Assembly (NCBI GenBank): GCA_964014485.1
Contig: CAXHAT010000004.1
Span: 1 to 64,000 of the forward strand
Direction of reading: 5' to 3'
Source: an uncultured Deferribacteres bacterium
GTDB lineage: Bacteria > Zhuqueibacterota > Zhuqueibacteria > Zhuqueibacterales > Geothermadaptataceae
Length of the DNA: 64,000 bases
Under the pieces are notes generated by a model that saw nothing but the letters and a program-made list of their open reading frames with translations, was not told the origin of the DNA and ran no database searches. Shown here in pieces: positions 17,811 to 28,100 of this stretch. A program made the position numbers and the translations under genes. The first letter of the stretch is position 1, and each line of letters opens with the position of its first letter.

Positions 17811-17879
17811 ACCCCGTGCGAAAGAGTTGCTCAGACGGTTGAAGGGAAGGAACAACGGCACGGAGCTTTGTTCAAAATC

Positions 17880-19214
17880 TCAAGGTCGAACACGGCGATA
17901 AAAGCTCGACGAGAATTTCGGGTCAATGAATTTTTCGAACGCGTCGATATTCGGAAAAGAAGCGCGAAACGTCTCCGGCGACATGCGCGCGTCCTTCGCC
18001 GGATAGATGCGTCCGGACGCATCGCAAATAATCGCGTCAAGATCGTCAAGCAGCTTAAATAATGGTTTTCCAACATTGGGAAAATCGAGCGCCAACGTGA
18101 CGCCGGGCGTTGGAAACGACAGCAATCCTTCAGACGGCTTCTCACCAAATTCTTTCAGAACGGCCAAAAAGGAACCCAGACCGCTCTGGCTGATTTTTTT
18201 CAAAACGGCGCGTAAAACGTCCTGCTTTTTCGCGGGCGGGGCGACACATTGCCATTGTAAAAACCCGCGCCTGCCGTAAAGCCGATTCCAGTCGCCAATT
18301 TGATCCAGCGGGTAAAAAAACGGCGCGTAATGCTGATTTTTTCGGACAATTTTCTCGCGCTGACGGTGATAATAGAGAAAGTTAAATAGCTTCAACGTTG
18401 GTCGGGAGAGCAAAAACGAAGGCGCGTTAAAAGGGACTCGCAGTTTTCCAGACGTTTGCGTTAGAGTTTCCTTCGGTTCTTGTTGACGACAATGGTTCCC
18501 GCGCAGAAAAACGCCGCGCCCGCCGTTTTTCTGAATATTGTTGCAGTCAAGCCAGGCGACCGTGTACTCAAATTTTTGCCCGGCCTGTGATGATAATTCG
18601 AAAAATTCTTCCGGATTCTCAAATTTCTCGGTCTCAACAGACAAGAATGAAGATTCTATTTTCTTTAGTTGAATTTCCGCCCGCAAGATTACGCCGGTCA
18701 GCCCAAGACCGCCAACAGTCGCTTGAAACCAGTCGCCGTTTTGATCACGGCTGCACGTCAAGCGGGTTCCGTCGGAGCGGAGCAGTTCGAGCCGCTTAAC
18801 GTGGTTCCCAAAACTTCCTGCCTGATGGTGATTTTTCCCGTGAACGTCATTTGCTATCGCGCCGCCAAGCGTGACGAATCGCGTGCCTGGAGTGACTGGA
18901 AGAAACCACCCGGCCGGAATGATGATTTTGAGTACTTCGTCAAAAGAAAGTCCTGCTCCGCAGCTCAGGACGCCGGTTTCCTGATCGAAAGAGACGGATT
19001 TTTCAAATGCGGACGTGAGCAGCAGCGCACCGTCTTCATTGAGACAAACGTCTCCATAGCTGCGCCCCAAGCCGCGCGGCAAAACGGACGAAGCGCACGA
19101 TTGAAAAATCTCGTCGAAATCGGCTGGCTGCGCCGGGCGATAGATTTTTGCATGTTTTTGCCTTGGATATTGCCCCCAAGAAAGCATCTCGTTTCGCCCA
19201 GATCGTGCGAACAT
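17880..19214 (-). CDS. dprE1: DprE1-like FAD-dependent polyprenylphosphoryl-ribose oxidase
   Basis: RGLGRSYGD, PVTPGT..VTLGGAIANDVHGKNHH..GSFG, TLALDF and GRIYPAKD. Start 19214 or 19187. Confidence 0.85.
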   Translation of the reverse strand: MFARSGRNEMLSWGQYPRQKHAKIYRPAQPADFDEIFQSCASSVLPRGLGRSYGDVCLNEDGALLLTSAFEKSVSFDQETGVLSCGAGLSFDEVLKIIIPAGWFLPVTPGTRFVTLGGAIANDVHGKNHHQAGSFGNHVKRLELLRSDGTRLTCSRDQNGDWFQATVGGLGLTGVILRAEIQLKKIESSFLSVETEKFENPEEFFELSSQAGQKFEYTVAWLDCNNIQKNGGRGVFLRGNHCRQQEPKETLTQTSGKLRVPFNAPSFLLSRPTLKLFNFLYYHRQREKIVRKNQHYAPFFYPLDQIGDWNRLYGRRGFLQWQCVAPPAKKQDVLRAVLKKISQSGLGSFLAVLKEFGEKPSEGLLSFPTPGVTLALDFPNVGKPLFKLLDDLDAIICDASGRIYPAKDARMSPETFRASFPNIDAFEKFIDPKFSSSFYRRVRP

Positions 19215-19216
19215 AT

Positions 19217-20110
19217 TTATCGAACCATTAAAGCAAACACGGTTATCCACATTATTACGGCGGCAAGAAGCTGTTGGTCTCGGAAGAGTAAACTTGCAGG
19301 GTCTTCCCCGCCTCGGTTATGCAAAATTATATGTAAAAACCGAAAAACGCCGAAAATAACAATTGGAACCGTGTACATTAAGTGAGAATGACCGCGCATT
19401 TCGATTGTGCTCGGACTTAGCGTGTAGAGTGCGTAAGTCATAATCGTCGCGGCGGCGGTGATTGCAATGAAAATACGCAGCGCCTCAACGGAATATTTCT
19501 TAAGAACCTTTCTGGCTTTTAAAGAATTCGAATGATTCGACAATTCCGAATAGCGTTTGGAAAAGCCGATGAGCAGGCTGACGAGAAAGCCCGTTAACGT
19601 CATCCAGTCCGAAATTTGAATGCCGACGGCGACTGTTCCGGCAAGCAAGCGAAGCATAAAACCGAGCGCTATTTGAAAAACGTCGATGATTGACCTGTTT
19701 TTGAGCAACAATGAGTACAGCAGGTTATTTAGTAAATATGCGGCGACAAAAAACGCGCTCAGGTCGCTGATTCTGCTCGCGGTTACCAGCGCAGCCAGCG
19801 CCAGGAGGATGGAAACCGCAATCGCCCAGCCGGTTTTGATCGTGCCCGCCGCCAACGGTCGTTTCTTCTTTAGCGGGTGTTCCCTGTCTGCTTCGACGTC
19901 TAAAAAATCATTGAAAATATAGGTCGCTGAAGATGCAAAGCAAAACGCGAGTGCGACGACCACGGCGTCCAAAAACAATGCATGGTTGCCGTAATCGCCA
20001 AGCGCAAAAAAGCCCAACAACACAAAGCCGTTTTTGTGCCATTGACGAATCCGGGTAATGTTGAGCCACTTGGTTAGAAATTGCACGCGATCTATCACCT
20101 TTGATCTCAA
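19217..20110 (-). CDS. UbiA-family polyprenyl-phosphate phosphoribosyltransferase (DPPR synthase/NoeC-like)
   Basis: RIRQWHKN, YIFNDFLDVEADREHPLKKKRPLAAG, KRYSE and GEDP motifs. Confidence 0.85.
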   Translation of the reverse strand: MRSKVIDRVQFLTKWLNITRIRQWHKNGFVLLGFFALGDYGNHALFLDAVVVALAFCFASSATYIFNDFLDVEADREHPLKKKRPLAAGTIKTGWAIAVSILLALAALVTASRISDLSAFFVAAYLLNNLLYSLLLKNRSIIDVFQIALGFMLRLLAGTVAVGIQISDWMTLTGFLVSLLIGFSKRYSELSNHSNSLKARKVLKKYSVEALRIFIAITAAATIMTYALYTLSPSTIEMRGHSHLMYTVPIVIFGVFRFLHIILHNRGGEDPASLLFRDQQLLAAVIMWITVFALMVR

Positions 20111-20330
20111 CTAAACGAAAAACAAGGCTACTAAAGTTTTGTCGCGAAAGCGAGGGTTTCAGGCCATTTTGCCACTACTTTGTCAGTTTTTAATTGGCTC
20201 AAACCACCAATGCTTCAATATTCGTACTATCGTTTTCGTGACGGTTCACAATGGCTTGTCCTGTCAGCATTTGCCGTTCTTCGTTCGAGGTCGAGGTCGT
20301 TGACCGATTTTCAACAACTCCTTTCGGAGT

Positions 20331-20450
20331 GGGACTGTCCAAAAACATAAAACTTGCAGAGCGATATACAACATGTCGTAGGGGTTCAAGATTTTGAACC
20401 CCTACATATGGCATGTCTGCCATTCAGATGCCTTGTTTTTGGACAACCCC
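20331..20450. mobile_element. ~120-bp MITE family B
   Basis: TIR GGGACTGTCCAAAAACA and TGTTTTTGGACAACCC, with the same 28-bp GTAG palindrome at 20378-20405. Confidence 0.8.
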
Positions 20451-20566
20451 CTTGCATGTTCCAAATCAAACGCTAAAACATTTGACCCCACATTTACTTT
20501 TCGATAGACGCCGCCTATGCGGTTGCTTTAGAAAATTCCCATATTCATTTAACCAAAGGCGTGATC

Positions 20567-23500
20567 ATGAAAACAAAAGCATGCTCTTTTTTGTTGGCCA
20601 TTCTGTTTTGCGCAACACCGCTTGCGGCGCAGGAGGGAGAATCTCTCATTTCAAAAACAAATTTCAAGGCGCTCAAGCTGAGGAATATTGGCCCGGCCTT
20701 CACCTCCGGGCGCATTGCGGACGTTGCGGTCGATCCCAACAACCAAAACGTCTGGTACGTCGCCGTTGGCTCCGGCGGCGTTTGGAAAACCCAAAACGCC
20801 GGCACGACCTGGAAATCGATTTTCGACGGACAAGGCTCGTACTCGATTGGCTGCATAACGATTGATCCAAATAATCCTCACGCGATCTGGGTTGGTACGG
20901 GAGAGAATGTCGGGGGGCGGCACGTTGCCTATGGCGACGGCGTTTACAAAAGCATGGACGGCGGTAAAAGCTGGAAAAACATGGGTTTGAAGGAGAGCGA
21001 GCACATTTCCAAAATCATCGTCCATCCGAAAAATCCGGACATTGTTTGGGCGGCGGCGCAAGGGCCGCTTTGGAAATCGGGCGGAGAGCGAGGGCTTTAT
21101 AAATCGACCGACGGCGGCAAAACCTGGAAAAAAACGCTGGGCGACGACAAGTGGGTCGGCGTGACTGACATCGTGACGGATTCTCGAAATCCGGACGTCA
21201 TGTACGCGGCAACCTGGCAGCGTCACAGAAACGTGGCGTCCTATCTCGGCGGCGGCCCGGGTTCTGGAATTTATAAAAGCACCGACGGCGGCGAAACCTG
21301 GGCTGAATCTAAAAAAGGAATCCCAAAATCAAATCTCGGCAAAATCGGCCTGGCCGTCTCATACCACAATCCCGACCACATTTTCGCAGCAATTGAGCTT
21401 GATCGGACGACGGGCGGCGTTTTTATGTCGGACGACCGCGGCGGATCATGGACGAAGATGTCCGACGCTGTTTCCGGCGCAACCGGCCCGCATTATTATC
21501 AGGAACTTTATACAACGCCGCACGCCGCAGGACGTTTGTACTTGATGGACAATCGCGTCCAAATTTCAGATGATTTCGGCAAGACGTTCCGCCGATTGAA
21601 CGAAAGAACCAAGCACGGTGACAATCATTCGATCACTTTCCGTGAGAACGATCCCAATTATATTTTGATGGGGACGGACGGCGGTCTTTTCGAGAGCTAT
21701 GACAACGCCGCAACCTGGCGATTCATTGAGAATCTTCCGGTGACGCAATATTACAAAGTCGCCGTTGATGACGCAGAGCCGTTTTACAATGTATTTGGCG
21801 GTACCCAAGACAACGGTTCTCACGGCGGCCCCTCGCGCACGGACAGTCGCCACGGCGTCCGCAGCGCCGACTGGTTCAAGACCTTGGGAGCGGACGGTCA
21901 TCAATCAGCGGTTGAGCCCGGCAATCCGAACATTATTTATGCCGAAACGCAGCAGGGCGGTTTGCATCGCATTGATTTGGTCACCGGCGAACAAGTGCCG
22001 GTTCAGCCTCAGGCGCGAAAAGGCGACCCCTACGAGCGATTCAATTGGGACGCTCCAATCGTGATCAGCCCGCACTCGCCGTCCACGCTCTATTTTGCAT
22101 CTTACCGCGTTTGGAAATCGACCAATCGCGGCGATAGCTGGGAGCCGATTTCCGGTGATTTAACTCGCAACCAGGATCGTTTTGAACTACCGATCATGGG
22201 CCGCGTGCAGAGTTGGGATAACTCCTGGGACGTGGGTGCAATGTCAAATTATAACACGATCACTTCATTGGCCGAATCCCCAATTGAAGCAGGGCTGATT
22301 TATGTCGGCACGGATGACGGAATCATTCAAATCAGCGAAGACGACGGCGGCGGTTGGACAAAAGTCGAGGTCGGCGACATTAGCGGCGTCCCGGCGACGG
22401 CTTTCGTGAACAATCTTTACGCGGATTTGCACGACGCAAACGTGGTTTACGCCGCTCTCGACAATCACAAATACGGTGATCTCAACCCGTACCTGGTCAA
22501 GAGCTCGGACAGGGGAAAAACCTGGTCTTCTATCGTTGGAAATCTGCCTGAGAGAACGCTGGTTTGGCGCATCGTCCAGGATCACGTCAAACAGGACTTG
22601 TTGTTTGCAGCGACGGAATTCGGGATTTATTTCACCGTTGACGGCGGCGGCGAATGGACGAAAATCGCATCTGACGCAACGATTTCGTTCCGCGATATAA
22701 CGATTCAAAGAAGAGAAAACGATCTGGTCGCCGCTTCCTTTGGACGAGGCTTTTTTATTCTGGATGATTATTCGTCACTCAGGCAAGTCAGCGCTGAAAC
22801 GCTTGCACAGGACGGGGTTCTTTTCCCCACAAGAAAAGCGTACTTGTTCCGTCCAAGAGATATTGCGGGCGGCTCTCAGGGATCGAGCTATTATGCCGCT
22901 CCCAATCCTGATTTCGGCGCGGTGTTCACTTATTACTTAAAAGAAGGTTCGACCACCAAGAAGGCGGGACGCAAGAAGCAGGAAAAAGAGGCCGGTGAGA
23001 GCGATATCCCTTTCCCGGGCTGGGACGCTTTGGAAGCGGAACGCGATGAAGTTGCCGATAAAATTGAAATCGTCATTCGCGACGCATCGGGAGACGTCGC
23101 CAACCGCGTAAAAGGCAAAACATCGAAGGACTTTCATCGCGTAAGTTGGGATTTGCGCTACATGGCAAAAGGACTGATCGAGCCGGGAGAACGATCCGGC
23201 AATAACGGCTTTTTGGCGACGCCGGGTACATACACGGCGACTTTAACGAAAACCTCTAACGGCGTCGTGACTAAATTGGGCGAGACGATTAGTTTCGAGG
23301 TTGTTCCTCTGCGCAAGCCAACGCTCGAGGGCGCTGCACCGGATGAGATTGTCGCGTTTCGCAAGGAAATGGAATCCTTGCAAGTGCGAATGTCAGAGTT
23401 TTCCAAACTGATGGAAGAGCAAACGCAGAAAGTGGAAGCGATGCAAACCGCGCTTGCTCGCGCTTCACGCCCATCGAACGATCTCGCCAAGCGTTTGCAT

Positions 23501-23788
23501 GACGCCAGAGAATCTTTGCTGGCTTTGCGTCAAAAAGTGAGCGGTCATCGCGTCAAGCGTGAGGTCGGAGAGCGCAACCCGCCTTCGCCGCAATCACGCA
23601 TGTTTGTCGGTTTCCGCGGCTTGAACACCACTTACGGCCCCACGGAAATGCACAGGGCAACGGTTGAAATCGGGAAAGCGGAATTAGCAGAGGTTGAAGC
23701 GGATTTGCAGAGGTTTGTGAATTCGGTCATGCCTGAATTGGAAACCGCCCTAGAAAATGTTGGCGCTCCGCCTATTCATTCTCGATAG
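20567..23788 (+). CDS. Secreted VPS10/sortilin-like BNR (Asp-box) beta-propeller protein
   Basis: Signal peptide, many S-x-D-G-G-x-T/S-W Asp boxes, RNIGPAFTSGRI start, helical C-terminus. Confidence 0.85.
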   Translation: MKTKACSFLLAILFCATPLAAQEGESLISKTNFKALKLRNIGPAFTSGRIADVAVDPNNQNVWYVAVGSGGVWKTQNAGTTWKSIFDGQGSYSIGCITIDPNNPHAIWVGTGENVGGRHVAYGDGVYKSMDGGKSWKNMGLKESEHISKIIVHPKNPDIVWAAAQGPLWKSGGERGLYKSTDGGKTWKKTLGDDKWVGVTDIVTDSRNPDVMYAATWQRHRNVASYLGGGPGSGIYKSTDGGETWAESKKGIPKSNLGKIGLAVSYHNPDHIFAAIELDRTTGGVFMSDDRGGSWTKMSDAVSGATGPHYYQELYTTPHAAGRLYLMDNRVQISDDFGKTFRRLNERTKHGDNHSITFRENDPNYILMGTDGGLFESYDNAATWRFIENLPVTQYYKVAVDDAEPFYNVFGGTQDNGSHGGPSRTDSRHGVRSADWFKTLGADGHQSAVEPGNPNIIYAETQQGGLHRIDLVTGEQVPVQPQARKGDPYERFNWDAPIVISPHSPSTLYFASYRVWKSTNRGDSWEPISGDLTRNQDRFELPIMGRVQSWDNSWDVGAMSNYNTITSLAESPIEAGLIYVGTDDGIIQISEDDGGGWTKVEVGDISGVPATAFVNNLYADLHDANVVYAALDNHKYGDLNPYLVKSSDRGKTWSSIVGNLPERTLVWRIVQDHVKQDLLFAATEFGIYFTVDGGGEWTKIASDATISFRDITIQRRENDLVAASFGRGFFILDDYSSLRQVSAETLAQDGVLFPTRKAYLFRPRDIAGGSQGSSYYAAPNPDFGAVFTYYLKEGSTTKKAGRKKQEKEAGESDIPFPGWDALEAERDEVADKIEIVIRDASGDVANRVKGKTSKDFHRVSWDLRYMAKGLIEPGERSGNNGFLATPGTYTATLTKTSNGVVTKLGETISFEVVPLRKPTLEGAAPDEIVAFRKEMESLQVRMSEFSKLMEEQTQKVEAMQTALARASRPSNDLAKRLHDARESLLALRQKVSGHRVKREVGERNPPSPQSRMFVGFRGLNTTYGPTEMHRATVEIGKAELAEVEADLQRFVNSVMPELETALENVGAPPIHSR

Positions 23789-23795
23789 ACGCAGC

Positions 23796-23841
23796 TTGTT
23801 CGCCGTCCAAAATGTTCTTTTTGAGCTCGGACGGCGAACAA
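23796..23841. terminator. Hairpin between convergent genes
   Basis: 13-bp perfect stem TTGTTCGCCGTCC / GGACGGCGAACAA with a 20-nt loop. Confidence 0.5.
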
Positions 23842-23905
23842 CAATATTTCTTTCGAAATAGCTCGGCACATTGAAGCCGGTCAAGTAGGCGTTTGAACTT
23901 CGCCG

Positions 23906-24484
23906 TCAACCGCGTTGGCGGTACAATTGCGGATCGACGACCGCCAGCATTTTGGCGTCGTCCATCGACTCGCCGAGGAACGATTTGATTTTTGCTACAT
24001 TTCGGGCGGGGTTTTCCAGCATATCATTGTAATTAATGAAGGCGACTTCAAAATTTGACTGTTTCTCCAACCAAAAATTGATTTGCGTCAAGTGCTTCAT
24101 GAACCGCTGGGACAGTTGTTTATCACTGACCTTGTTTGCTTCTTCGCCGCGCCGATCGAGCATCTTTTTCTGCGAGGCGAGAATCTCATTCATCTTCCGA
24201 CGCATAAAAATGACTTTGTAAGTTTCGTTCGGCGGCAAATCCTTCAACAGTGCGGAAATAACTTTTAACGCATTCCCGCGCGCCTCAACGATCCACGACG
24301 CATCTTCGGCCATTTCCTTGACTTTCTCAAATTCATAATATCCTTTCGGATTATCCGCGTCGGCTTCCCGCTGGTGGTCAACGAACGGTTCAACACCGCC
24401 CGCTTCCAACATTTTCATCATCATCGAAGTGCCTGATCTCGGCAGTCCTGAAACGATTATGATTGGTTTATTTTGCAAAATCAT
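23906..24484 (-). CDS. Sulfotransferase-family protein
   Basis: SGLPRSGTSMM PAPS-binding loop and NPKGYYE. Confidence 0.85.
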   Translation of the reverse strand: MILQNKPIIIVSGLPRSGTSMMMKMLEAGGVEPFVDHQREADADNPKGYYEFEKVKEMAEDASWIVEARGNALKVISALLKDLPPNETYKVIFMRRKMNEILASQKKMLDRRGEEANKVSDKQLSQRFMKHLTQINFWLEKQSNFEVAFINYNDMLENPARNVAKIKSFLGESMDDAKMLAVVDPQLYRQRG

Positions 24485-24537
24485 ATGCTCCGAATACGGT
24501 AAAACTGATTATCGACTTCAAGTATAGAGATATGTAA

Positions 24538-24819
24538 CTGATTTTACGCGCCAGCTTCATAATACAGCAACCTTTTATCAAAATCATTCGGCGGAGGCGC
24601 CCTACCGCCAACCTAATTTCGAGACGCCCAAAATTCTCGTTCCCAATCTCGGGATTGGGAACGCAATTGCACTCGAAACTCCAGTTTCGACTGAGGGCTT
24701 TGGTTCGAAACTGGAGTTTCGCGCCCATTTTCATTCCCAAACCGGAGTTTGGGAACGAGCCGCAATGAGATGCTGCTTTCGGTTGAGTCTCGGAAATGCT
24801 TAACTGCGCGTAACATCAG
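24538..24819. mobile_element. 282-bp MITE with 13-bp TIR and 8-bp TSD, carrying a multi-hairpin REP-like core
   Basis: TIR CTGATTTTACGCG / CGCGTAACATCAG, TSD ATATGTAA at 24530-24537 and 24820-24827, palindromic core CTCGTTCCCAA..TTGGGAACGAG at 24636-24759. Confidence 0.8.
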
Positions 24820-25149
24820 ATATGTAAGGACAATTTTCGATAGTGCGAATAATTCAATCTTGCGGGAACATCATATTCCGGCGGGCGTTGTGACAGTTTG
24901 GGTGCAGAAATCGATTTGTTGGAAAAATTTATGATAGGGTTTTTGTTAGGCGGCGCGTATTTCGATACGAGGAATTATCAGCGCCGCTCACGCTGTTACT
25001 TTATAGAAATGACTTGCGTCTTTAGCCGTATCTATTGATATTCAACGCGTTAATTTAAATTTAACATTGCTTTCGACACAATGTCTCCTCTTCATAGCAA
25101 CAAGAAAGCCCGCCGATTGTTCACGCCATCTTTTTATGGAGGTTTCCGA

Positions 25150-28100
25150 ATGAAACGACTGTTTCTCTCCACGATAGTCGCCTTACTACTTATGAACGCG
25201 TCCGTATTCGCCCAGCGATACGGTCAGAATAAAGTTCAGTATAAAAAACAAACCTGGAACTATATCCAGAGTGAGCATTTCGATCTCTATTTTTATGAAG
25301 GCGGCGATTATATTGCGGAGATGTCGGCGGCAATGGCGGAGTCGTCCTATACGCATTTATCAAAGTCCTTCAACTATCGCCTGCGAGACCGCATTTCGCT
25401 GATTCTTTATAATTCCCACAATGACTTTGAAGAAACCAACCTCTCCTTCCAAATTCAGAACGAAGCGACCGGCGGCTTTACGGAATTCCTCAAAAACCGG
25501 GTCGTTCTTCCCTACGAAGGCTCTCTCGAACAACTTCGGCATGTGATCCACCACGAAATGACCCACGCCGTTATGCTGCAATTCTTTTTTGGTACCGGGC
25601 CAGGCGCAATCATCAACGGCATTTCCCGCCTGCAACTGCCGCTTTGGTTCGTGGAAGGGTCTGCGCAATATGAATCGCTCTACGGCATCGATACGAAAGT
25701 AGACCAGCAAGTTCGAGACGCCGTTTTGAACAATTACCTGCCGCCCATACAAGCGCTGCAGTTTATGGCCTACAGCGCCGGGCCAATGGTTTTCTATTAT
25801 ATCGAACAGCGTTACGGCAAAGGCAAAATCACTGAGCTTTACAGCGCCGTTAAGTCAACGCGCAGCGTCAATCGCGGATTTCAAAAAGCGCTTGGTCAGG
25901 ATTTGGAAGGCTTCTACAAAAAATGGTCGAAATGGCTGCGCGAAAATTATTGGCCTGAAGTGAAGCTGCACGATGAACCGGAAGAGATCGCAACCCAGCT
26001 CACCGACCACGAAAAAACCAAAAATTACATCAATAACGCGCCTGCGCTTTCTCCAAAAGGAGACATGCTGGCGTTCCTTTCGGACAAAGGCGGCTTTTTT
26101 GACATCTACTTGATGTCCACCCTTGATAAACGCGTTGTCGCCAAACTGGTCAGCGGCCAACGAACGGCGGCGGTTGAAGAACTTAAATTTTTGCGTCCTG
26201 GAATTAGCTGGTCTCCGGACAGTAAAAATATTGTGTTCGCGGCAAAAGCCAGCCGCTCTGACGTCCTGCACATTGTAGAAGTGCGGAAATCAAAAATCCG
26301 CCGCACACTGCGTTTTGATCAGCTCGACGGTGTGTTCAGCCCGTCCTGGTCGCCAAACGGGGATGACATTGCATTCGTCGGCATGATCAACGGCCGCTCC
26401 GACTTGTACAACTACAATTTGAAAACGGATGAATTAACACACCTCACGAACGACCAATTTACCGATCTTGAGCCTGACTGGTCGCCGGACGGCAAAAAAA
26501 TTGCGTTCACTTCAGACCGCGGCAGTTATCTCAATCCGAATACGCCCGAGATGGACATTATGAGCCATCACTTCGCCAACACCGATGTTTACGTCTACGA
26601 TTTGGAGACGAAGAGCATAACGCGCGTGACCGATGATTTGAGTCTGGAAAAATCTCCGGCCTGGTTTCAGGGAACGAACACATTGCTGTACGTCTCAGAC
26701 AAAAACGGCATCTTCAACATCTATACACAGGACTTGACGACAGGCAATGAGAGTTTCCTGACCAATCTCATCAGCGGCGCCAACCAATTGAGCGTTGCGC
26801 GCGACACCAAGCGCCTGGCCTTTGCTTCCTTTTACAAAGGCGGCTACGATATTTTCCTTTGGAAAAATCCAATGGAAACCATCGACACGCCGGATACATT
26901 GCGCTTGACCGAATTCATCAAGGCAAAACAACCGTACAGTTCTGACGCGCCTGAAGAAGAATCGGTTTTCGCGGCTTCTAGTGAAGACAATGAAACAGGC
27001 AGACCCTATAGACATTATGTTTTCGGCAAAGAGTTCGCCGAAGGCCGTTTCAACGCTCGCTCCGACTCAAGCATAGCCCTCTCCCCCACCGACTTCAAAA
27101 CAGCGACGGGCGGTTTTAAAAAACGCAAGTACACGCCGAAATTCTCTGTTGATTACGCCGGAGCGATCGGCGGCTACGACACCTTTTTTGGCGTGCAGGG
27201 CGCAACGCAGCTTATTCTCTCCGATTTGCTCAGTAATCACCAGTTTATGATTTCCGCGAACATCATTCGCAGCATCGCGAACAGCGACATGACGGTTGCT
27301 TACGCAAATCTGGCGCGAAGAATGGACTTTTCCGTCGCCGCTTATCACACGGCCAATTTCTTCCAGGCGCTTCGAAACATCACTTTCCCGGACGGCTCCG
27401 TGCAACGACGCGCAACCATTGAGCGTTTCAGAAACTACGGCATCGGCGGATCGATAAGCTATCCATTCAACCGCTACAAACGTGTTGACCTTGGCGCCAA
27501 CTGGTTCAATATTCGCGAAGACGAATTGCTCTACAATGAACCGTCCACGACCACCAGCACAGTACTTTTGACCGCAGGCTACAATTTTGACAACGCCGCT
27601 TGGGCGTATACTGGCCCCTTCGACGGCAAGCGAAATTTTCTGGGCATAACTGCAAGCCCGAAACTGGGCAATAACGGCCTTGGCTTTGTCACTCTTAACG
27701 GAGACTTCCGCAAGTACAAAATGCTCAATCGCGAATACAGCATTTCATTCCGATTGGCGGGCGGCGCAAGCTTTGGCCCAAATCCGACGAGCTTTCTCCT
27801 CGGCGGCGTTTCAAGCTGGATTAATTATCAATTCGCCGACAGTATCGATTTTGAAGACATTCGCAACTTCTACTTCAGCCAATTTGTAACGCCTGTGCGC
27901 GGCGCGGATTACTATGAGCAGACCGGCAGCCGTTATTTTGTTGCAAATATGGAATTCAAATTCCCCTTGGTGCAATACTTCATCGCCCGCTTCCCGCTGC
28001 CCCTGTTTTTCAGCAACATTCGCGGCGCCGCTTTCTTCGATGTTGGGTCTGCGTGGAACGGCGCGAATTTCGATCCGTTCGACATTCGTGACGGCAGGTT

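Noticed and set aside
24468..24934. Short ORFs in this gap (also 3397-3696, 7964-8317, 20199-20423, 63714-63974)
   Set aside because: They are translations of MITE/REP sequence, for example the recurring LDSRLRGND and VQNLEPL.
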